From contig NZ_LT934425.1 in the NCBI RefSeq assembly GCF_900232105.1, forward strand, positions 1,800,001-1,832,000: 32,000 bases of DNA. Reading direction: 5' to 3'. The notes below the pieces were generated by a model that worked only from the letters and a program-made list of their open reading frames with translations, did no database searches and had not been told where the DNA came from. The position numbers were made by a program, and so were the translations under genes. The stretch is from Candidatus Kuenenia stuttgartensis (lineage in GTDB: Bacteria > Planctomycetota > Brocadiia > Brocadiales > Brocadiaceae). Below are positions 1-9,300 of the stretch, in pieces. Positions within the stretch are counted from its first letter, which is position 1, and each line of letters opens with the position of its first letter.

Positions 1-1114
1 CTTCGTTCGATGGCTTTGGGAAGAAAACTTCTCCATCGAATGCGCTGCTTGATTCTTCTAAACCATCGCCCGTTTCGTAGTCATTCTTGTTGGAAATCTC
101 GGCAAGGTCCGCGAATAAGTCAGGGATACCTTCGGCATTTTCGATCCGCCCCTTGATCCGTTTCAAGGTTTCGGTAAGACCCTTTGCGGAGCGCTTTCGT
201 AGGATCAAAGCGGGAGCATATTCGACAATTGGCTTCGCTGATGCACGGATGCTTTTCGCCGCCAAGGAGTCGTCATACTCACCTTGGGAGTCGATCGAAT
301 GCACCAACGCCTTAAGCACGCTTTCAATGCCCCCTTTTTCCCATGGATCGTCTTCTTCTCCTGCCAACGAAGACTTCGCAGTTTCTTCGGCGCGCGGCGG
401 TTGTTCCTCTACATCCAACATGTCGAATTCTGGCCGGAGTTTTGCCCCTTCGGTATGAGGCCGAACGGTGAATTTACCCAGATGAGCTTCAAACTCCAAA
501 ATGGCATCCGCGACAACCAAGTGACGTCTGACGCGCTGCCCAGTGGGCGTCTGCCATGTAAGCAGACCCAACCCAAGTACGAGTTCGTATTCCTCGCCAA
601 GCCTGAGTTGCTCTTGATGAATGGCAAAAAGCTCGGAATAGACACGGTGGATTTTTTCCCACGCATTGTGATCTTCCGTCCATGGTAGCCACTTGTCTTC
701 AACATAACGTTCCCATGCCCGCAGAACTTCGGGATGTTCGCCAAGGCGTTCGGTGCGTGGCATGGTTTCCGGCTGATGCGATCCTTCGCGCCAGTCGGGA
801 TTTTGGACTTGTTGGGTGATTTCCGGGAGGAGTTCCGGCAAATCACTCTTATTGCAGAGCGCCGACTGGTTAAGCCAGTCTCTGCATTGAATGGGAATGG
901 CATGCAATTCTGGCTCGCGCCGGTTTTGCACTTCCAGCCATTCATCCATCTCATGTTCCTCATCGCTCCCCCATGCCTGCGTAAAGCACCCCCGCTCATG
1001 TGGAACGTTTGATACCCAAAGGACATTCTCGTATTCGGCAATGTCGCTGATCAGCTTCGCGCGAAGTAAAGCAAGTCGTGTCAAATAGTCGAGAAGCCTA
1101 ACGGCTTTCTGCAC
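1..1114 (-). CDS. Partial CDS, 3' end off window: large protein resembling the N-terminal region of AAA/superfamily I helicase-type proteins (DUF4011-like context)
   Basis: The ORF track shows only shadow ORFs here. Manual translation of another minus frame stays open across the region: ...QKAVRLLDYLTRLALLRAKLISDIAEYENVLWVSNVPHERGCFTQAWGSDEEHEMDEWLEVQNRREPELHA...YELVLGLGLLTWQTPTGQRVRRHLVVADAILEFEAHLGKFTVRPHTEGAKLRPEFDMLD...IVEYAPALILRKRSAKGLTETLKRIKGRIENAEGIPDLFADLAEISNK... Likely GTG start at 1112-1114. Frame open to about 1148 and stopped inside the IS. Family call is from memory of motif style. Confidence 0.6.
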   Translation of the reverse strand, partial: MQKAVRLLDYLTRLALLRAKLISDIAEYENVLWVSNVPHERGCFTQAWGSDEEHEMDEWLEVQNRREPELHAIPIQCRDWLNQSALCNKSDLPELLPEITQQVQNPDWREGSHQPETMPRTERLGEHPEVLRAWERYVEDKWLPWTEDHNAWEKIHRVYSELFAIHQEQLRLGEEYELVLGLGLLTWQTPTGQRVRRHLVVADAILEFEAHLGKFTVRPHTEGAKLRPEFDMLDVEEQPPRAEETAKSSLAGEEDDPWEKGGIESVLKALVHSIDSQGEYDDSLAAKSIRASAKPIVEYAPALILRKRSAKGLTETLKRIKGRIENAEGIPDLFADLAEISNKNDYETGDGLEESSSAFDGEVFFPKPSNE

Positions 1115-1151
1115 CCTATGGCTATCTGCCTGTTGATCGTTTAAGAGTTCC

Positions 1152-3163
1152 CTAGCGTGAGTTTATCACAAAATAAGGCATGAAGCAACGTAACATAAAT
1201 ACAGTCAATGCGTTAAGCACAACATCAATTGTATACACTGAGTCCTTGAAGTTTCAGCCGATGTTTGTGGAAATCCATAATGCCTAACGCATTCATCAAC
1301 AGAGATTCCTTGTCGGACATTTCTTCCAATTTGTAGGTAGCCTTAACTCTCCCTCTGGCCTTTGTTTCTTCAAGCATAGCAGAAAGCCTTATATTATTAA
1401 GGGTGTCTAACAGGGTATCTAACGTTCCACTAAATTGTGCGTGCGCTTTTGCCTGATACCACACAATCGCCGCCATTAGGTATCCGAGGACGCAAATAAA
1501 AAAATGCACCCTGATTTTCTGATCCGTCCAGTGAAATTGCGGTTTTAAAGCAAGGTGATAGGGGTTCTTGAGATTTCTAAAGGCATGTTCAATTTTTGAT
1601 TGCCCATAGTAGGCTTTTATAATGTCCGCGGTATCCCAATCGTGATGGTCTGTCATAAGAATCCTGAACCCCAGTTCCCCTTCTATTTCTTCGAGCTTTT
1701 TCTGGTCGATTGAAAAATTCAATTGAAACTTGCCTTCAGATACCTCTTTTAACGACCAATCGATAACATCCTTCGCAAATTGACATTTCACTACACTTCT
1801 TATCGTATCCTCCAGACCCTCTTTGTCCCGCATCTTTCCCTTTGGATTACACAGATGCTGCTGTAAGAGCTTTAACTGATGTTCTGCCTTTTCCAGAGAC
1901 TGAGACATTCCCCTTAATTGCCCAACCTTTAATTTCTCGGAAATAAATACGACAACGGTTCTTTCCTGCCCCCAAATAACCCGTTTGTCATGGTACACCT
2001 GTATCTTACTGCCGTCAACGTCATATTCCCTGAAATTACACATGGCATCCCCTACCAACTGCTTGTGATGATACGGTGTAAGCGCTCCAACGTAATGCAA
2101 TGCCAATCTCTCTACAATAGCCATATTGTCCATGGAATTGTTTCCACGATCAAAAACAATAGTGTGCTTTTTGCTGTCGAAACCTAATCCGGTCATCCTG
2201 TCTTTTATCGTCTCAAGAACCGCGCTGAACACCTTTGCATCCGCCATGTTCCCCTGATAGGTATGGTGAAACAACGGTATCATGTCGTTACGTGTAACGA
2301 CCATCGCCAACCCGACCTGCCTGAGATCGTATCGCTTTTGTTTGTTTTTCCCCCGCCGGGCAATAGTGCATCGCAGATTAGTTGTGTCGATATACGTGAA
2401 AAAATTGGTTGTATCAAAAAACAGTGTGTCGCTTTGAAGGTTGTATGTTTTAAATGTCTTTTCAATTAATTCGCGCTCGATTTCTGCAATGGATTCTTCA
2501 GGAAGTGCATCCATCAAATCCCAGAAATGCTGACTGTCTATTTTACTCAAGCTGTGTCTGAGTAAGTATTCGGCAGTAGTCGTCTTTGCCCAATCCCACC
2601 ATCCTCTTTTGCTGGTAGGCACACACACTCTCCCCACGGCACCCAACAAGAGGGTACTTCCGGCGGTCAGATTATTTCGAACAGGTTTTTTAGCACAATA
2701 CTGCCGTGGCGACTTTATATATTTATTAATCACGGAAGGGACGTCCAGGGCATTGGCCACACTTAGCAATGCGGCTACCGCGCCATGTGAATAAGATTTG
2801 AGCCGTAATTTTTCGGTAAGACCTTGCAGTTGTTTTAATAAATCGTCTGCCTTGCCAAGATAGGCCAGGACGATGGGCCTGGGCTTGCCGTTAACGCGCC
2901 GCGATTCGACAATATACCAATATTTATAACCTCTGGAGTTTTTAGATTGAATGGTAGCCATGGCTATTAGTTGTTAGTGTATACGTAATAGATTAATACT
3001 CCGTGTATAATAGTATATACAGGCATATAATGCAATATAAATATAGTATTATTCAGTGTATACATAATTTTTTAGACAAAAAAAGTCGCAACCCGATACA
3101 AATCATTGGATTGCAACTTGATGTCTTTGTCTTACACCTTATTTCGTGATAAACTCACGCTAG
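1152..3163 (-). mobile_element. Complete IS1634-family-like insertion sequence, about 2.0 kb
   Basis: Terminal inverted repeats CTAGCGTGAGTTTATCACAAAATAAGG (1152-1178) and CCTTATTTCGTGATAAACTCACGCTAG (3137-3163), 26/27 identical, bracket one full-length transposase ORF. Flanks share only TCC (1149-1151, 3164-3166). Confidence 0.9.
1225..2961 (-). CDS. IS1634-family (IS4 superfamily, DDE) transposase, 578 aa
   Basis: N-terminus MATIQSKNSRGYKYWYIVESRRVNGKPRPIVLAYLGKADDLLKQL and C-terminal KIEHAFRNLKNPYHLALKPQFHWTDQKIRVHFFICVLGYLM are typical of this family. Confidence 0.9.
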   Translation of the reverse strand: MATIQSKNSRGYKYWYIVESRRVNGKPRPIVLAYLGKADDLLKQLQGLTEKLRLKSYSHGAVAALLSVANALDVPSVINKYIKSPRQYCAKKPVRNNLTAGSTLLLGAVGRVCVPTSKRGWWDWAKTTTAEYLLRHSLSKIDSQHFWDLMDALPEESIAEIERELIEKTFKTYNLQSDTLFFDTTNFFTYIDTTNLRCTIARRGKNKQKRYDLRQVGLAMVVTRNDMIPLFHHTYQGNMADAKVFSAVLETIKDRMTGLGFDSKKHTIVFDRGNNSMDNMAIVERLALHYVGALTPYHHKQLVGDAMCNFREYDVDGSKIQVYHDKRVIWGQERTVVVFISEKLKVGQLRGMSQSLEKAEHQLKLLQQHLCNPKGKMRDKEGLEDTIRSVVKCQFAKDVIDWSLKEVSEGKFQLNFSIDQKKLEEIEGELGFRILMTDHHDWDTADIIKAYYGQSKIEHAFRNLKNPYHLALKPQFHWTDQKIRVHFFICVLGYLMAAIVWYQAKAHAQFSGTLDTLLDTLNNIRLSAMLEETKARGRVKATYKLEEMSDKESLLMNALGIMDFHKHRLKLQGLSVYN

Positions 3164-3624
3164 TCCCCATAACTTTTCGCCTAACCAGTAATTGTTAAGT
3201 TTATAGCTAACATCGTATTAAATTCCCTCATTGCTTTTTTACTATTGCCTACTCTTCAAAAAAAACAGATAATTTCACATGGAGAATCCATCATTTTGCA
3301 TATTATCGGTAAGGAGTTGGGATTATTACATTTTCCTTGATGCTCCGCAAGAGGTTACTTTTGTATGTTTCGCGGACAGCCTGATTAGGTGTGCCCCTCA
3401 TCCTCAATAATCAGCCTTTTGATGCACGATACTTTAAGAAAACTCAATCACTACTCATTGCCATTATGTCCGTGTTCATCTCTTGTGCACCATACATAAT
3501 TGAAGGCGCTATTTCTGTGAACGGAGATTGCCAGGAGACTCAGGATGTCACTTCTGCACTTCTGGATACTGAGTTCTCTCTCCACAACTCCCAATTCCAT
3601 AAGCTTTGCCCGTCCTGACAATCT

Positions 3625-4032
3625 CTATTGTTTTTCCACATACCCCTCTCCGTTTTTGTGCGACCCTGAGCAATCGTTGCCGGTAAAATCGAATTCTATA
3701 TATGACCCATCATTGTTTGTTATATTGCCTCTGTAAGAGCCGGAACAACCTGATGTGGTTGATTTCATTTTTATCCTCTGCTTGCCGGTGTCCTTTATTT
3801 TCAAGATAATCTTTCCCTTTGCGCCATTTCCTGCCTTATAAGTACCGCTGTATTTTGTGCTGCTCTTTTTCTTCAGCTTTACAGTTACACTTGTGCTGGA
3901 AAGTATACTCGATGAATAATAACCCTTCCATGTTCCCTCTAAACCATCACTTACTAAGGCGTATGCATCACTTTTTACCGTAAAAACAATACACACCAAA
4001 GACACAATAAATAACAATATTCCCCTTTTCAT
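3625..4032 (-). CDS. Secreted beta-rich hypothetical protein with paired cysteines
   Basis: ORF 3625-4068. The better start is the internal MKRGILLFIVSLVCIVFTVKSDAYA at about 4032, preceded by GGAAGGG. Signal peptide, then GTWKGYY...SGTYKAGNGAKG...CSGSYRGN...DCSGSHKNGEGYV. Confidence 0.7.
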   Translation of the reverse strand: MKRGILLFIVSLVCIVFTVKSDAYALVSDGLEGTWKGYYSSSILSSTSVTVKLKKKSSTKYSGTYKAGNGAKGKIILKIKDTGKQRIKMKSTTSGCSGSYRGNITNNDGSYIEFDFTGNDCSGSHKNGEGYVEKQ

Positions 4033-4046
4033 ATTACCCTTCCTTT

Positions 4047-4715
4047 CTATATTAATCTTAATTTCCATTTACTCCGCTTTCCACAATTCACAAATTCACA
4101 ATTTCCAACGTTTTGTTCGCCCTGGCAATCCCTGCCATCAGTAAATACCAGTATAATTTTTTCTTCTGTAACAAATCCATTTCCTTCGATAAATCCCCTG
4201 CATGGCGCTGATTTCTCAATTTCAAATTCTATATCATCGCCGGATATCGTTCCCGTTAATTTCCCAAACGGGCGGCCATTTGCCAATATCGTTCCCGATA
4301 TAGTTTCGTCGGTTTGTGTTATGGTTATTGATACATCTAAATCCCATATACAAGTTTTCAGATATCCTTCCCATGCGCCAGCCATGCCAGATGCAATATC
4401 TTTTTCTAAATAAAAACTTCCGATATTCATTTCATAACTATCGCCATTGATTGTTATTTCTTGCGTGGATGTTATATATCCTTGTTTCTCAAATGTAGCA
4501 GTATAAGTGTTTACTGCAACGTCATATAGTTCAAAATCGCCGTTCCAGTCGGTCGTTGCCCTGTAATGGTCTGAATCGTTGTCGAGTCTTATAACAACAT
4601 CCTCAAGTTCCATTCCTTCCATATTTTTTACCTTACCAGATACATCTACGTAGTCATATCCAAAGGCAACGCTACAGGCAAACAAATATGGCAATACAAA
4701 TAACAACTTTTTCAT
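4047..4715 (-). CDS. Secreted protein: carboxypeptidase-regulatory-like (Kre9/CNA-B-like) N-terminal fold plus a C-terminal domain paralogous to the neighbouring ORF
   Basis: Signal peptide MKKLLFVLPYLFACSVAFG. Then VSGKVKNMEGMELEDVVIRLDNDSDHYRATTDWNGDFELYDVAVNTYTATFEKQGY, followed by AGAWEGYLKTC...ISGTILANGRPFGKLTGTISGDDIEFEIEKSAPCRGFIEGNGF...FTDGRDCQG. Confidence 0.7.
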   Translation of the reverse strand: MKKLLFVLPYLFACSVAFGYDYVDVSGKVKNMEGMELEDVVIRLDNDSDHYRATTDWNGDFELYDVAVNTYTATFEKQGYITSTQEITINGDSYEMNIGSFYLEKDIASGMAGAWEGYLKTCIWDLDVSITITQTDETISGTILANGRPFGKLTGTISGDDIEFEIEKSAPCRGFIEGNGFVTEEKIILVFTDGRDCQGEQNVGNCEFVNCGKRSKWKLRLI

Positions 4716-4780
4716 ATTTACTCCTTCCTTTTAAAATTAAGCTTTAGGCGGCTTTCAATACTGTAGTGACAGGTTGACTG

Positions 4781-4810
4781 CTTGTTCCCAAACAAGAGTT
4801 TGGGAACAAG
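4781..4810. terminator. 13-bp-stem perfect hairpin, candidate terminator or short repeat
   Basis: CTTGTTCCCAAAC-AAGA-GTTTGGGAACAAG, 16 bp downstream of the minus-strand ORF ending at 4827. No strong T tract. Confidence 0.45.
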
Positions 4811-4826
4811 TCGTGAAATAATTAAT

Positions 4827-5150
4827 TTATCTTCCTCCAAAAAAATTACCGAAAGAGTTTGAGGATGAATATTGTCTCCCTGAGGAATAAGAATACTTTG
4901 GCGTAGAAAATGAATTACTTATTTGATAATTTGTAGTTCTTCTTGTGCCTCTTGTTCCTGAGTATGGGTTGATATTCGGGTATGTACTCCAGTTGTTATA
5001 AAAATTTCTATCAGGGTTTGACCTATAATGTGGTTTAACATAGGTTCCATTGTTTCTATAATATCCATGAACGTAATCATCTGCTTTAGAAGTCAGTGCG
5101 GCTATAAACACACTTGCTACAATAAGTGAAATTGCGATTGTTTTTTTCAT
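4827..5150 (-). CDS. Small secreted Tyr/Ser/Asn-rich protein, 107 aa
   Basis: Signal peptide MKKTIAISLIVASVFIAALTSKA, then DDYVHGYYRNNGTYVKPHYRSNPDRNFYNNWSTYPNINPYSGTRG. This is a recognisable short exported family style. Confidence 0.65.
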   Translation of the reverse strand: MKKTIAISLIVASVFIAALTSKADDYVHGYYRNNGTYVKPHYRSNPDRNFYNNWSTYPNINPYSGTRGTRRTTNYQISNSFSTPKYSYSSGRQYSSSNSFGNFFGGR

Positions 5151-5397
5151 TTTTATTACTCCTTTTAAATTTATGTTTAAAATATTTTTAATATTACTTG
5201 TCCTTCTTACTGGCTAAATAATTCGTTAAACGATTTAATACCTCCTTTCAAAAAGGTTTTTTTGACAACTACAATTTTTATGCTCCTACTCTTAATAGCG
5301 GAAAAATTTGTAAAACCGAACGAAGTTAATTGACTTTTTTAGAAAAATAAATATTATTGCGGCTATAACTGGCTTTATTTATGGAGATTATGAAAAC

Positions 5398-6015
5398 ATG
5401 CCTGAATCCGTTAATCCACAAACACTTCATTTGGTTATGCTTGCAAAGTCTGGTGATCAACCGGCAATTGAAAAACTATATGAAATATACTGCGGGCGTA
5501 TTCTAAGAATCGTCAGGATGCGCATGGGCAATGAATTGCGAAGTAAGATGCAATCAATGGATCTGGTTCAGGACGCATTATTGAGTTCTTTTCGTGATTT
5601 GAAACAGTTTACCTATAAAAATGAAGGTGATTTTTTACGATGGTTGTCACATATTGCGGAAAACAGAATACGTGACAAAATAAGTGAGATGAGGGCACAG
5701 GTGCGCGACCATAGAAGGGAACAGCCTTTAAGCAGCAATAAACAATTAAAAGATGATAGCAGTGTACATACATATGAACCAATGGATTCAGCAACACCCA
5801 GCAAAATATTGTCTAAAGAGGAGGACCTTGACAAACTGGAAAAGGCTATGCAAAAACTAAAGCCGGAATATCGGGAGGTAATCCTGTTAACAAAGGCAGA
5901 AGGACTTTCACAAAAACAAGCTGGTGAAAAATTGGGCAAAAGCCCGGATGCCACCCGGATGCTGCTAGTAAGGGCGCTTAATGCCCTAAATAATGCTTTT
6001 GGGGAGAATAGGTAG
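5398..6015 (+). CDS. ECF-subfamily RNA polymerase sigma-70 factor
   Basis: Region 2 LRSKMQSMDLVQDALLSSFRDLKQFTYKNEGDFLRWLSHIAENRIRDK. Region 4 LEKAMQKLKPEYREVILLTKAEGLSQKQAGEKLGKSPDATRMLLVRALNAL. Confidence 0.93.
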   Translation: MPESVNPQTLHLVMLAKSGDQPAIEKLYEIYCGRILRIVRMRMGNELRSKMQSMDLVQDALLSSFRDLKQFTYKNEGDFLRWLSHIAENRIRDKISEMRAQVRDHRREQPLSSNKQLKDDSSVHTYEPMDSATPSKILSKEEDLDKLEKAMQKLKPEYREVILLTKAEGLSQKQAGEKLGKSPDATRMLLVRALNALNNAFGENR

Positions 6016-6158
6016 CACTTTAGTTTTTTGAAAAATTCCAATAGTAACATTGTTTGCTGCACGATGTAGGGGCGAAGCATTTGCCCGTTTGGGCATGAAC
6101 GCATGTATGCCCGTTATAGCAAATGCTTCGCCCCTACGGTTTCAAAAAAACCAAAGTG
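6016..6158. repeat. MITE-like/REP-like nested inverted repeat, about 143 bp
   Basis: Outer arms CACTTTAGTTTTTTGAAA (6016-6033) / TTTCAAAAAAACCAAAGTG (6140-6158). Inner perfect arms GTAGGGGCGAAGCATTTGC (6066-6084) / GCAAATGCTTCGCCCCTAC (6119-6137). Confidence 0.85.
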
Positions 6159-6381
6159 TTACGAGAATAAAGAATAATAATTCCTAAGCGGGCATAGCCG
6201 GAACCAAACAAGCATAAATTACAAAGTCCTCCCCCATATCCCCTCCGAGGGGGGAGAATGTCCACCGCTGGCGGGGGTGCAGGGGGTGGAATTGAAATTA
6301 TGAATTTATTTCAGATTTCACCATTAAATATTTTGCCAAAAACTTCGAAGAAATTACTGACAAGGTACTAAGATCTGTAAA

Positions 6382-9300
6382 ATGAATCAACTTGACCAAA
6401 TCGTCCAACAATTTATAGATGATACGTTGCAGGGGAAGGATCCAGGGCTAGATGATGTCCTGAGAAAGTACCCTGACATAGCAGACGAGATCAAGAAACG
6501 GATTGAAAATCTTGAAAAAATCAACAGTTTATTTGCTTCCCTTACAGGAGAGGATGAAAACGACCGTTTAGCACATCAGCTTATTGGCCAAAAGATGGGT
6601 GACTTTGAAATACTTGAGCTAATAGGCTCAGGCGGCATGGGAACTGTCTTTCTCGCCAGGCAAACCTCGCTGGACAGGCATGTGGCGCTTAAAGTTATCA
6701 GCGACGTCAGCGGGATTCGTAGTAAAACGCTGGAAAGGTTTAAACGAGAGGCAAATCTGCTGGCAAAGATATCCCATCCCAATATTGTGCAAATTTATGA
6801 AACCGGGCGGCACGGGCCATATTTCTACTTCGCAATGGAATACGTAAACGGCGATTCATTAGGCAATGTGCTTGCAGACATGCGCTCATCAAACCAAAAC
6901 ACAAACGCCAGCGCTCTATTTTCTGATTATGTCAGGTCGAAGAATACCGCTTCTGTTGATACATCGCAGACGAAACAAGGAAGGCCGGTAATTGACGACG
7001 AGTATATTCAAACCATTAGCAAAATAATCATAGATATTGCGTCTGCATTGGATCATGTACACAACAAGGGAATTTTACACAGAGATATTAAGCCGTCAAA
7101 CATCCTGATTGACACAGATGGCAATGCAAAATTAGTTGATTTTGGGCTGGCGAACAGCGAGACAAATCAGTCTATTACCATTACCGGCGAACTTTTTGGA
7201 ACTCCGAATTATATGTCGCCGGAACAAATCCAATCCCCGGATAAAGTTGACCGCAGGAGCGATGTATATTCATTAGGCGCAGCTTATTATGAGTGCCTTA
7301 CATTCCATACCCCATTTGAAGGCGCTTCGATAAATGATGTTTTAACGAAGATCATATCAAAAGAACCGACTTCTCCAGGAAAATACTGTCCGAAACTTTC
7401 AAGGGATTTGGGCACTATTTTGCTGCATACCCTTAAAAAGAATCCAGGCGAGAGGTACGATTCAGCCCTTGAATTTGCCAATGATATAAGAAATGCCTTA
7501 GATTTTAGGCCTGTCATTGCAAGAAAAACTCCTTTTACAATCAGAACCTATAAAACTATACGCAGAAATCCGGTTAAAACCGTTATGGGTTTTCTGGTTC
7601 TGTGTTTAATCTTCGCATGTTTTGCTCTATATCACCATAACCGGAAGAAAGAGGGTGAAGCTCACAGGATTGCCTATGTTAATCAACTGCTTGACGAAGC
7701 GGACGTACTGCTGTGTCAGGCGGCGCTTAATTCCCTGCCTTGGCCATTATTAGCCAGAGAGACGCTTACAGAAAGAGCAATTAAATACTATGACGAAGTA
7801 TTGCAGATAGATAATAAAAACTGGTGGGCGTTAATTCAAAGGGGGATAGCATATCTGGTATCAGGGGAAAATAGAGAAGGCGCATTGAAGGATTTCGAAG
7901 ATGCCGAAAAAATTAATCCGGATTTCAGATGCATTCAATTATTACAGTCCGGGCCGTTAGGCAGTAATATTGAAATTTATGAAAGAGGTATTTCATCAGA
8001 CCACCTGGAATCCCTGAGTTCCAGGGAAGCCTACATATTAGGCCTGTTAATATGCCAACAACCCGATATCCCTGAAAGAGAGCAGAAAAGCCTGCGTTTG
8101 TTTGAAATGTGCGTGGAAAAAGAATCTGATTTTTATCCTGCCATGCTGTCAAGAATATTTGCAAAAAACCGCCTGTCAGGAGAAAGAAATCTGGACGAGT
8201 GTTTGGCAGTATCCAACCTCAGGCCCAACGTTGCGCTTGGGCACTTGTTATGCGGCGAAATTCTTGGAGACTACCTTGGCAGATTTGAAGAGGCGATAAC
8301 CGAATATAAAAAAGCCGCCGGATTACAACCGTGGAATCCCCTGTGTTATTTGGGTTTGGGTAGTTTGTATGAAACTACCGGCGATATTAATAATGCAGAA
8401 AAATGTTATCTTAAAGCACAGGAACTTGATATGAGCTGCTTATCAGATTTCGCTTTAGCATTTTTTTACAGAAAGCAAAGTAGCTATGAAAAATCACTTG
8501 ATATATGCAATAAGGGTATCGCAAAAAAATGTAACCTTATTACATTAGATATGCTGCTTGACACTAAACTTTTAATCTTAAAAGAAACAGGTTCTCAGGG
8601 GCAAATCCGGGAATGCCTTGCGGAAAAAGAAGATTGCCTGAAAAGATTGCTGTTAGAAACAGAAGGCAATAAAAATTTAAGCAGAAAGTACCATATTAAT
8701 TATCTTAAATTCTTGTTCAATAACAAGCCCATGTCTGAAACAATATCGTTCTATGACAAGGCTTTAATAAATAAACCAGCGTTCAAATATTGCTTTGGCA
8801 GTGTGCTGAGTGAATATTATCTGTCCATCGGAAATGATGCCGCCTGTATGAATCTTTGTCAGGCATTATATGAAAAAATGTTAATGGAAGAATTTAATGA
8901 TGATTACGATTTTAATGATAAGGTAAACATAATCAGCCACTTAATACGACTAAGGTTAAAATCCGGCGATAGCATTGAGAATGTTACAACACTATGCACC
9001 GGCATCCTTGATAAACACCCCCATACCAGCGTACTCTGGAAATATTATGGAATGTTTCACGAAATATATTCACATGATTACGAAAAGGCAAGCGAGGCAT
9101 ATCGCCAGGCACTGCGATATCTGCGGGACGAGAAAGACAGGTTTGGAATTACTTTTAAATTCGCATGTGCGTTATATCGTGCAGGCAACAATGTTGAAGC
9201 AGAGAAAGAATTCAATGCGCTGATGCATAAACTGGACAACATGAAAATTGTAGAGACGGGAAACTCATGGCGTTATTTAGGGCGCAGCGATACAGCAGAT

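Noticed and set aside
409-1041. 210-aa minus ORF and smaller plus ORFs in 87-1088
   Set aside because: Compositionally odd shadow frames. A different minus frame gives a continuous, protein-like sequence over the whole interval.
3391-3736. Small plus-strand ORFs around 3.4-3.7 kb
   Set aside because: Antisense or intergenic with no start context or recognisable domain. The last one overlaps the 3' end of a better secreted-protein gene.
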